Assembly: GCF_003428155.1 (NCBI RefSeq)
Contig: NZ_QLIR01000030.1
Location: forward strand, 1 to 13,302
Origin: Fastidiosibacter lacustris
Lineage (GTDB): Bacteria; Pseudomonadota; Gammaproteobacteria; Francisellales; Francisellaceae
Direction: 5' to 3'
DNA length: 13,302 nt
This document shows positions 6,525 through 13,302 of this stretch, one piece after another (position 1 is the stretch's first letter; each line of letters opens with the position of its first letter). The notes beneath the pieces are model-generated. The model was not told where the DNA came from. It did no database searches and saw only the letters and a program-made list of their open reading frames with translations. The position numbers and the translations under genes are program-made.

Positions 6525-7877
6525 TTATACTAGCAAATCTTTAAGTTCTTTCAATTTTTTAATTGCTGTTACTTTTATTTCAACTTCTTTTTTAGGAGCA
6601 TTACTCATCGGCACAATCGCATGCTTAAAGCCATGTTTCTGTGCTTCATGTAAACGCTCTTGACCATACGGAACTGGACGAATCTCACCAGACAATCCCA
6701 CCTCACCTAAAATAATCCAATCCTTTGCAATCGGTTTGCTATATAAGCTTGATAAAATTACTGCAATAATCGCCAAATCAATACTTGTTTCATTAACTTT
6801 AATACCTCCTACCACATTGATAAAAACATCAAAGTCAGCAAGTTGCACAGCTAAGTGTCTTTGTAAGACCGCTAACAACATAGCTAAGCGATTGGGGTCT
6901 AAGCCTACCGCTAAACGTCGAGGTTGACCGTAACCGTTTTCATTTACCAAAGCTTGAACTTCGGCAAGTATTGGGCGTGTACCTTCCCATATACTAATAA
7001 TAACACTCCCTGATATATCGTCATCGGCTCGATTTAAGAAAATAGCAGATGGATTTTTTACTTCGCGCATACCCTTATCAGTCATTGCAAACACACCTAG
7101 CTCGTTTACCGCACCAAATCTATTTTTCATAGCTCGCACCATGCGATAACGACCATCTGCTTGTCCTTCAATGAAAATAACAGCATCAACAATATGCTCT
7201 AAGACCCGAGGACCTGCAACTTCACCAGATTTGGTGACATGCCCTACCAAAAACACGGCTGTATTAGTACGCTTTGCAGTTTGAGTTAATAGGCTTGCCG
7301 ACTCTCTTACTTGAGCAACACCACCTGGTGCCGACTGCAATGATTCAATTTGCATCGTTTGGATAGAATCAATAACCACAAGTTGAGGACGATTTTGTTC
7401 GATATACTGACAGATCAGTTCAACGTTAGTTTGACTCATCATCAATAATTTATCACTTGGGAGCTGCATGCGCTTGGCACGCAAAGCCACCTGCTCTAAC
7501 GACTCTTCTCCTGTCACATAAAGTGCGTTGTATTGAAGGGATAACACCGTCATAATTTGTAATAAAATGGATGATTTCCCGATACCTGGATCACCTCCAA
7601 TTAAGGTGACCGAACCTGGGACAATTCCACCACCCATCACACGGTCAAACTCACTAAAAGGAGAACCAATGCGAGGATATTCAGCAAGTGAGACTTCACT
7701 GAGTTTTTGTACTCTTGTTTGTACGCCTGCGTAACCTACTTTACTTGTTATTGATGTTGATTGAATTAAGGTTTCAACTAAAGTGTTCCATTCAAAACAA
7801 TCTGGGCATTGCCCTTGCCATTTCGTCGAAAATGCACCACATGCTTGACAAATATAGCTTGTTTTTACTTTTGCCAT
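6525..7877 (-). CDS. radA: DNA repair protein RadA (Sms)
   Basis: N-terminal Zn finger CQACG...CPDC, Walker A GGDPGIGKSS, Walker B LVVIDSIQ and RadA-specific KNRFG (AMKNRFGAVNELGVF) are all present. A Lon-protease-like C-terminal domain completes the protein. Confidence 0.97.
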   Translation of the reverse strand: MAKVKTSYICQACGAFSTKWQGQCPDCFEWNTLVETLIQSTSITSKVGYAGVQTRVQKLSEVSLAEYPRIGSPFSEFDRVMGGGIVPGSVTLIGGDPGIGKSSILLQIMTVLSLQYNALYVTGEESLEQVALRAKRMQLPSDKLLMMSQTNVELICQYIEQNRPQLVVIDSIQTMQIESLQSAPGGVAQVRESASLLTQTAKRTNTAVFLVGHVTKSGEVAGPRVLEHIVDAVIFIEGQADGRYRMVRAMKNRFGAVNELGVFAMTDKGMREVKNPSAIFLNRADDDISGSVIISIWEGTRPILAEVQALVNENGYGQPRRLAVGLDPNRLAMLLAVLQRHLAVQLADFDVFINVVGGIKVNETSIDLAIIAVILSSLYSKPIAKDWIILGEVGLSGEIRPVPYGQERLHEAQKHGFKHAIVPMSNAPKKEVEIKVTAIKKLKELKDLLV

Positions 7878-7891
7878 TTACTTAAATTACC

Positions 7892-8203
7892 TTATTTATC
7901 GTGTTTAATTAAGCCAACTAAATAATTTTCCAGCACTTGATTGAGCTCAAAGCCCTCATCAGCTAACAGTTGAATGCCAAAGCTTTTTTTATTTTGTAAC
8001 TCATCAACGCTCACCCACACAATTTTTCCCTTACAAGCAAACTCTTGCTGTAATTCAGAAATTTTGACCACAAGATTCACTTCTTCTCCAAACAAAATTT
8101 GTAGTTCACTATTCGTTAAAAGTGCCCCTTGCTTAATAAAAGGCAAATATTTTTCTAACGCATCTTGTTTTGAATCTAAAGTAATGTGTATGGTTGTCAT
8201 CAT
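7892..8203 (-). CDS. pilZ: Type IV pilus assembly PilZ-type protein (single PilZ domain, non-canonical)
   Basis: It aligns by eye with Pseudomonas PA2960/Xanthomonas PilZ: ...LEKYLPFIKQGALL...LFGEEVNLVVKI......CKGKIVWVS......FGIQL......LENYLVG. RxxxR and [DN]xSxxG motifs are absent. The ORF opens at TTG 8206; ATG codons at 8201-8203 and 8198-8200 overlap the dedA stop (TTGATGATGA). Confidence 0.8.
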   Translation of the reverse strand: MMTTIHITLDSKQDALEKYLPFIKQGALLTNSELQILFGEEVNLVVKISELQQEFACKGKIVWVSVDELQNKKSFGIQLLADEGFELNQVLENYLVGLIKHDK

Positions 8204-8817
8204 CAAATTTCCATATTGATTTTGAGTTGTTTCTTTTTATTATGCTTTTTACGCCAATGCACAAAAAAGCTTATGCCAAAAATGATAATAAATAAAAGAA
8301 CCATCGATATAATCCAATGCTCTTTAACCAAGTCTAGCAATGATAATTTATGCAGAATAACCTGAAGTGCACTGCCAAAATAATATCCACCCAACAAGAA
8401 AACAAACACCCATATAACGCCACCAATAAAATCAAAAATTAAGAATTTAAAATTTGTAATTGTACTCATTCCAAGCGCAAATGGAATAATTGTACGTAAC
8501 CCATAAGCGAAGCGAAAACCCAAGATCAACCAAAAGTTATACTTGTCGATCAGCATACTAATCCGATTAACCTTAGGCTGCCAATTTGGTTTACGACTTA
8601 AGATCTTAGGACCAATAAATCGTCCTAAACAAAATAAGAAGGAGTCGTGAAGCAAACAACCAATAATTGATAATACAATAATCCAGCCTAAATCCAGCAT
8701 ATCTGCGGCAGCCGCAACACCACCTAAGATCAAAAATGTTTCACCTTCAATAATAGCAGCACCAAACATAAGCCAATAACCCCATTGTTGAATCAATGCA
8801 ATATGTTCTGGTGTCAT
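8203..8817 (-). CDS. DedA/SNARE-associated family inner-membrane protein (YohD/YabI-like)
   Basis: Multi-TM protein with DedA-type motifs IIEGETFLILGG and GFRFAYGLRTIIPFALGMS. It ends in a basic C-terminal tail. Confidence 0.9.
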   Translation of the reverse strand: MTPEHIALIQQWGYWLMFGAAIIEGETFLILGGVAAAADMLDLGWIIVLSIIGCLLHDSFLFCLGRFIGPKILSRKPNWQPKVNRISMLIDKYNFWLILGFRFAYGLRTIIPFALGMSTITNFKFLIFDFIGGVIWVFVFLLGGYYFGSALQVILHKLSLLDLVKEHWIISMVLLFIIIFGISFFVHWRKKHNKKKQLKINMEI

Positions 8818-8926
8818 CGTTACCTCTTTACTTGTTATCTATTTTCAGTTTAATCATCAACGCTCTAAGAAGCCTTGTCGCTTATTGCAACGGTTATATA
8901 TCCTCTTAAAATTCCATTGCTTATTT

Positions 8927-8943
8927 AAAATGCAAAGCATTTT
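8927..8943 (-). terminator. Weak hairpin immediately after the aroC stop (possible terminator)
   Basis: aaaatgc-aaa-gcatttt forms a 7-bp AT-rich stem with a 3-nt loop, abutting the aroC stop codon. There is no convincing U-tract on the minus strand. Confidence 0.2.
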
Positions 8944-8944
8944 A

Positions 8945-10006
8945 TTACAAATTTTGTGCTTTATGCTGTAAATATTGATCTACTAAAACCAATGCCAACA
9001 TTGCCTCAGCAATCACAACGCCTCTAATTCCAACACATGGATCATGACGCCCTTTTGTCACAACTTGACAGTCATTGCCATAAATATCGACTGAACGCCC
9101 TGGTATCAAAATACTTGAAGTCGGTTTAAAAGCAATACTGACTAAAATATCTTGCCCTGATGAAATTCCACCCAAAATACCACCAGCATGATTGCTTAAA
9201 AAGCCTAGCTGTTTAGTATATTCATCACGATGCTCACTCCCCTTTTGCTTAACAACGTCAAAACCATCGCCAATAGCAACTGCCTTTACCGCGTTAATAC
9301 TCATTAATGCTTTAGCAATTTCGGCATCTAAACGACTAAATACAGGCTCACCGAAACCAATAGGCACATTTTTAGCTACGATATTGACTTTGGCTCCTAT
9401 TGAGTTTCCTTGCTTGCGTATACTGTGGATTAATTCCTCAAGCGCTGGAATTTTCTGTGGATCTGCACAAAAAAATGGATTTTGTTCAATAAAATCAGGT
9501 GTTTTAAGATCAAGCTCAATATCACCAATTTGAGAAACATAGCCAAAAATTTCAATATTAAATTGTTGTTTCAATATTTTTTTAGCAATCGCACCTGCTG
9601 CAACACGCATCGCTGTCTCACGTGCAGAAGACCTCCCCCCACCGCGATAATCACGAATACCATATTTATGAAAATAGGTAAAATCAGCATGTCCTGGTCG
9701 AAACTGGTCTTTAATCTCACCATAGTCTTTAGACTTTTGATCGACATTTTCAATTAGTAATCCAATCGGCGTGCCCGTTGTTTTACCTTCAAACACTCCA
9801 GATAAAATCCTCACCTGATCAGGTTCTGTGCGTTGAGTTGTAAATTTTGATTGTCCTGGTTTTCTACGATCTAAATCTTTTTGTAAATCGACTTCACATA
9901 GTTCAATACTCGAAGGACAGCCATCAATAATTGCACCTAAAGCCAATCCATGACTTTCTCCAAAAGTAGTGACACGAAACAATTCTCCAATTGTATTACC
10001 TGGCAT
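8945..10006 (-). CDS. aroC: Chorismate synthase
   Basis: [32 protein letters not shown]..., [18 protein letters not shown] and RHDPCVG are canonical AroC signatures. The 353-aa product is full length. Confidence 0.97.
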   Translation of the reverse strand: MPGNTIGELFRVTTFGESHGLALGAIIDGCPSSIELCEVDLQKDLDRRKPGQSKFTTQRTEPDQVRILSGVFEGKTTGTPIGLLIENVDQKSKDYGEIKDQFRPGHADFTYFHKYGIRDYRGGGRSSARETAMRVAAGAIAKKILKQQFNIEIFGYVSQIGDIELDLKTPDFIEQNPFFCADPQKIPALEELIHSIRKQGNSIGAKVNIVAKNVPIGFGEPVFSRLDAEIAKALMSINAVKAVAIGDGFDVVKQKGSEHRDEYTKQLGFLSNHAGGILGGISSGQDILVSIAFKPTSSILIPGRSVDIYGNDCQVVTKGRHDPCVGIRGVVIAEAMLALVLVDQYLQHKAQNL

Positions 10007-10958
10007 GATTATTCAACCCTGCTTCAAACGCTTTTTTATAGGTAATGAGCTCTTGATAAGTAAGTAAAAATACACCTTCTCCACCGTCTTCAAAGTTAAG
10101 CCAGGTAAAAGGCACCTCAGAAAACGCTTCACATAAAGCACATTGACTATTACCCACTTCAACGATTAAAATTCCATCTTCAGTAAGATAATCAGAAGCT
10201 TCAATTAAAATTCTGCGCGTAATATCCAAACCATCCTCTCCTGAACCTAGTGCCAGTATTGGTTCTTTTAAGTATTCTTCAGGCATAGAAGATAAATCCT
10301 CATGATCAACATAAGGTGGATTCGATACAATTAAATCAAATTTTTGTCCTTGCACGGAATTGAATAAATCTGAATAGACAGTCTTAACACGATTTTCTAA
10401 ATTATGAAGCTTGATATTTTTTTCAGCCACAGCAAGAGCATCTTCAGAAATATCGACTAAAGTCACTTGTGCTTGATCAAACACATGCGCACAACTTATA
10501 CCAATGCAACCACTACCTGTACACAAATCAAGTATTCTTAATACTTTATTATGATTGACCCATGGTTCAAACTCATTGCGAATAAGTTCACCTATTGGTG
10601 AACGCGGTACAATTACGCGCTGATCGACATAAAACTTCATACCAGCAAACCAAGCTGTTTTAGTTAAATATGGCAAGGGTATACGATCTACTACTCGCCG
10701 ATATACCCATTTGATCACTTTTTGACGCTCAACGTGTGTCAAGCGTGCATCTAAAATTCTGTCATCTATGTCAAGCGGCAAATAAAGTGCTTGTAATACC
10801 AAATGAACTGCTTCATCCCAAGCTGAATCGGTGCCATGCCCATAGAATAACTCAGCTTCTAAAAAACGACTTGATGCCCAGCGTAGATAATCGCGTATAG
10901 TTTCTAAATCTGAAGCTAAAGCATCAACGTTGACATCTGTACCAAATACATCACTCAT
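9996..10958 (-). CDS. prmB: Ribosomal protein uL3 N5-glutamine methyltransferase
   Basis: It resembles E. coli PrmB/YfcB: [15 protein letters not shown]..., [28 protein letters not shown] motif [11 protein letters not shown] and NPPY (VSNPPYV). The conserved prmB-aroC adjacency is present, with an 11-nt overlap with aroC. Confidence 0.93.
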   Translation of the reverse strand: MSDVFGTDVNVDALASDLETIRDYLRWASSRFLEAELFYGHGTDSAWDEAVHLVLQALYLPLDIDDRILDARLTHVERQKVIKWVYRRVVDRIPLPYLTKTAWFAGMKFYVDQRVIVPRSPIGELIRNEFEPWVNHNKVLRILDLCTGSGCIGISCAHVFDQAQVTLVDISEDALAVAEKNIKLHNLENRVKTVYSDLFNSVQGQKFDLIVSNPPYVDHEDLSSMPEEYLKEPILALGSGEDGLDITRRILIEASDYLTEDGILIVEVGNSQCALCEAFSEVPFTWLNFEDGGEGVFLLTYQELITYKKAFEAGLNNHAR

Positions 10959-10959
10959 T

Positions 10960-12354
10960 TTATCCTCTCTTCCACAACGTACCTGTGCCAGTATCTTCTA
11001 GTACAATACCAGATTGAGCCAGTGTATTTCTTATATTATCCGCACTTGCGTAATCTTTTTTTTGCTTAGCTTCAATACGCTGTTGTATCATTGCTTCAAT
11101 TTCACTATCCGGCAATACATTCTCACCACTATGCTTAAAATATGCTTCTGCAGGATAATGCAAAATCCCAAGTACATTTGCTAATTGCAATAATAAGTGT
11201 GCATATTGTGTCGCTCTTTCTATGTTGCTAGCACGATATTTATTGATCTCTTTTGCTAAAGAAAACAAAACAGGCAAAGCTTCAGGTGTATTAAAATCAT
11301 TGTCCATTGCTACTTTAAATGCAGCAATATATTCATCTTTATTATCAGGCAGACCATCTATTTGCATTATTTCAATACCACGCAACGCGGAATATAAACG
11401 CTCAACAGCTGCTTTTGCTTGATCAAGATTTTCTTTTGAATAATTAATTTCACTGCGATATTGACCAGAAATTAGAAAGAAACGCACAACCTCTGGATGA
11501 TATTCGTTAAGCACCTCCTTGATCGTAAAGAAATTATTCAATGACTTGGACATTTTCTCAGCATCAACTTGCACCATTCCTGAATGCAACCAGTAATTGG
11601 CAAAAGTACAGTCATTTGCAGCTTCTGATTGGGCAATTTCATTTTCGTGATGTGGGAAACGTAAATCTGAACCACCCGCGTGAATATCAAAGTTATTCCC
11701 AAGCAGTTTTTTTGACATCGCGGAACATTCAATATGCCAACCCGGACGCCCTTTTCCCCACGGGGAATCCCAACTTGGTTCATTGGTTTTAGAGGCTTTC
11801 CACAACACAAAATCAAGTGGATTTTCTTTTTGCTCATTGCTTGCAACACGCGCACCAATACGTAAGCTTTCTAAACTTTGCTTACTAAGCTTGCCGTAAC
11901 CTTTAAAACTTTCAACACGATAATAAACATCACCATTGCTAGAAACATAGGCATAACCTTTTTCAAGCAACGTTTTGATCATTTGGCACATTTCAGCAAT
12001 TGTTTGAGTAGCACGTGGCTCAAAGTCAGGACGCAAAATATTTAAACGATCTAAATCCTCATACATACTTGCAATCGTTCGCTCAACAAGCATATTGGTT
12101 GATTCATGGTTGTCATTAGCACGCTTAATAATCTTATCATCTATGTCGGTAATATTACGAACGTAAGTCACCTCATATCTACAATAGCGAAAATAGCGCA
12201 AAATCACATCAAATGCAATTTGAGTCCGTGCATGACCAATGTGACAATCATCATAAACCGTCATACCACAAACGTACATTTTAAGTTTTCGTGGTGTAAT
12301 TGGCTGAAAAAGCTCCTTTTTTCCAGATAAGGAATTATATACATAAATACTCAT
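10960..12354 (-). CDS. cysS: Cysteine--tRNA ligase
   Basis: HIGH motif (CHIGHAR), KMSKS, and class I Rossmann and anticodon-binding regions are present. The ORF opens at GTG 12372, but the ATG at 12352-12354 (MSIYVYNSLSGKKELF) matches the usual CysS N-terminus. The stop lies 1 nt before the prmB start. Confidence 0.96.
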   Translation of the reverse strand: MSIYVYNSLSGKKELFQPITPRKLKMYVCGMTVYDDCHIGHARTQIAFDVILRYFRYCRYEVTYVRNITDIDDKIIKRANDNHESTNMLVERTIASMYEDLDRLNILRPDFEPRATQTIAEMCQMIKTLLEKGYAYVSSNGDVYYRVESFKGYGKLSKQSLESLRIGARVASNEQKENPLDFVLWKASKTNEPSWDSPWGKGRPGWHIECSAMSKKLLGNNFDIHAGGSDLRFPHHENEIAQSEAANDCTFANYWLHSGMVQVDAEKMSKSLNNFFTIKEVLNEYHPEVVRFFLISGQYRSEINYSKENLDQAKAAVERLYSALRGIEIMQIDGLPDNKDEYIAAFKVAMDNDFNTPEALPVLFSLAKEINKYRASNIERATQYAHLLLQLANVLGILHYPAEAYFKHSGENVLPDSEIEAMIQQRIEAKQKKDYASADNIRNTLAQSGIVLEDTGTGTLWKRG

Positions 12355-12565
12355 ACAAAACGACTTGTTCACTTCTCATTTAAAAATATCTTGTTATGTT
12401 ACCATCGCCTAAGCAGGGTTTAAATCATTTTCTTATGTTTTGCCACATGCTGTAAAACCTATCCGATAATTTGTTAAAAAAGCAGGACTTTCTAACCGTT
12501 TATTTGGCTAAACTCGATTTTTTCAATTTTTTTTCTATACTCCAGATAACAACTGTTTCACGTCA

Positions 12566-12571
12566 AAGGAG
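12566..12571 (+). promoter_or_regulatory. Shine-Dalgarno (AAGGAG) of the 92-aa ORF
   Basis: aaggag lies 6 nt upstream of the ATG at 12578. Confidence 0.7.
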
Positions 12572-12577
12572 TGGCAA

Positions 12578-12856
12578 ATGCCTTTTTATTACAATGCAGC
12601 TGACTCAAGAAATAGTGCCCGCGACTTTATTCTCATTACCATTTATACCGATAAATATAAGATTAAAGGTGAGATTTCTGTGCGTACAGGCGTGCGTTTG
12701 ACTGATCACATCAACACAGAAACAACTGGTAAATTCATTGCTCTGCGCAATGCTAAAATTTATATACACGCTAATGACGAACTTATTCGTGAATGTGACT
12801 TTATGAACGTGAACTTAGACAATATTTTATTTCTACATCCTGATCACGGCGCATAA
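12578..12856 (+). CDS. 92-aa hypothetical protein (soluble, beta-rich by composition, no signal peptide)
   Basis: The gene has a consensus SD and a protein-like sequence: MPFYYNAADSRNSARDFILITIYTDKYKIKGEISVRTGVRLTDHINTETTGKFIALRNAKIYI...NVNLDNILFLHPDHGA. No family is securely recognised. Confidence 0.7.
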   Translation: MPFYYNAADSRNSARDFILITIYTDKYKIKGEISVRTGVRLTDHINTETTGKFIALRNAKIYIHANDELIRECDFMNVNLDNILFLHPDHGA

Positions 12857-13037
12857 AAAAACAAGCGCTTGCACTTAAGAGTTTAAGTAATAAAGCAATG
12901 ACCTTATGCCAATTATAGAACTGTACAGCAGGATTGATGAAATGTGAAATGCCAGAAGCTAGGCAAGTAGATATAAGATCACCTTGCATACGATCAAAAC
13001 AGGTAAAGTCTAAATGGCAATGGCTATCTGTAAGCAT
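12801..13037 (-). pseudogene. Truncated TatD/YjjV-family metal-dependent hydrolase (N-terminal remnant only)
   Basis: The first ~53 codons, MLTDSHCHLDFTCFDRMQGDLISTCLASGISHFINPAVQFYNWHKVIALLLKL, track E. coli YjjV (..DTHCHFDFPPF...AGVGKIIVPA...NFARVLALAENY). After about nt 12879 similarity is lost, and the ORF reads through into the antisense of the 92-aa gene before stopping. A full TatD protein is ~260 aa. No SD is present. Confidence 0.55.
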
Positions 13038-13238
13038 GTTATTTTTCTGACTAAAGTGGAATAATCAAAAATTGTAACAATAATATTTATTTCCTTTTAT
13101 TAAGAATCTGTTAATATCAAAATGTATTTGAAAGTAGATAAATGTTTATATTATAATGCCGCCCGTACAACCTGTACAAAATTATAGGACATATAAGGGA
13201 ATTAATAAGGCATATTAAGTATGAGAGGAAAATATTGT

Positions 13239-13302
13239 ATGAAACACACTCAGGCAAAAACATTTAAATATAGCGCACTAGGTCTTGCATTATTACTGAC
13301 TG
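13239..13302 (+). CDS. 5' end of a CDS for a secreted/envelope protein (partial, runs off the right edge)
   Basis: ATG at 13239 is preceded by GAGAGGA 9 nt upstream. MKHTQAKTFKYSALGLALLLT looks like a signal-peptide n-region plus h-region. An in-frame ATG at 13221 is the less likely start. Confidence 0.5.
   Translation, partial: MKHTQAKTFKYSALGLALLLT

Noticed and set aside
6442-6927. Plus-strand ORFs 6442..6663 and 6736..6927
   Set aside because: Both are antisense shadows of radA, which is certain from its Zn finger, Walker A and KNRFG motifs.
7974-8219. 81-aa plus-strand ORF across pilZ/dedA
   Set aside because: It is antisense to two well-supported genes and is Cys/Ser/Phe-rich nonsense typical of shadow frames.
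9192-9757. ORFs 9192..9533 (+), 9482..9757 (+) and 9571..9753 (-) inside aroC
   Set aside because: They are alternative-frame or antisense shadows of a full-length canonical chorismate synthase.
11222-12330. ORFs 11222..11422 (+), 11538..11858 (-), 11541..11792 (+) and 12106..12330 (+) inside cysS
   Set aside because: They are shadow frames of cysS, which has HIGH and KMSKS motifs. None has an SD.
12355-12372. GTG at 12372 as the cysS start, and TTG at 8206 as the pilZ start
   Set aside because: In both cases a downstream ATG gives the N-terminus expected from homologs (MSIYVYNSL... for CysS). The non-ATG codons merely open the ORF.
12471-12701. 76-aa plus-strand ORF (TTG start) overlapping the 92-aa gene in another frame
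   Set aside because: It has no SD and a non-ATG start, and its hydrophobic sequence looks like nonsense. The consensus SD at 12566-12571 serves the 12578 frame.
1-13302. Whole-window search for CRISPR arrays, tRNA/rRNA genes, IS elements/transposases/integrases and long direct or inverted repeats
   Set aside because: None was found by reading both strands. Only short tandem or low-complexity repeats appear (for example cttcatcttcatctt at about 2531-2545, and ATAAGG x2 near 13191-13210), which are typical of AT-rich intergenic DNA.

Overview
AT-rich bacterial chromosomal window. Gene content and order look gammaproteobacterial (Legionellales/Thiotrichales-like), but this is a guess and no taxon can be assigned from sequence alone. 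About 3.2-12.4 kb is one long minus-strand run of mostly housekeeping genes in three tightly packed blocks. The blocks are cysS-prmB-aroC, dedA-pilZ-radA, and a UspA-type stress protein translationally coupled to an 889-aa AddB-like PD-(D/E)XK/Fe-S nuclease. The left 3.2 kb looks accessory. It holds a very AT-rich LuxR-type regulator, a leaderless papain-family (C1) cysteine peptidase, and a 434-bp ORF-free divergent control region. It also has a DUF2845-like secreted protein followed by a tiny 2-TM CxxC protein. The right end carries a 92-aa orphan ORF with a consensus SD. That ORF sits where most of a TatD/YjjV-family hydrolase gene should be; only about 53 N-terminal codons of the hydrolase remain recognisable. 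I found no tRNA/rRNA, CRISPR array, transposase/integrase or long repeat. I do not see a clear-cut, recognisable multi-gene 'new system'. The best candidates for follow-up are four. (i) The usp-coupled orphan AddB-like nuclease, whose expected AddA-type partner position is occupied by the accessory islet. (ii) The LuxR-solo/C1-peptidase module. (iii) The DUF2845/2-TM pair. (iv) The 92-aa cassette that replaced tatD. All functional calls come from motif reading by eye and need homology or structure searches to confirm.
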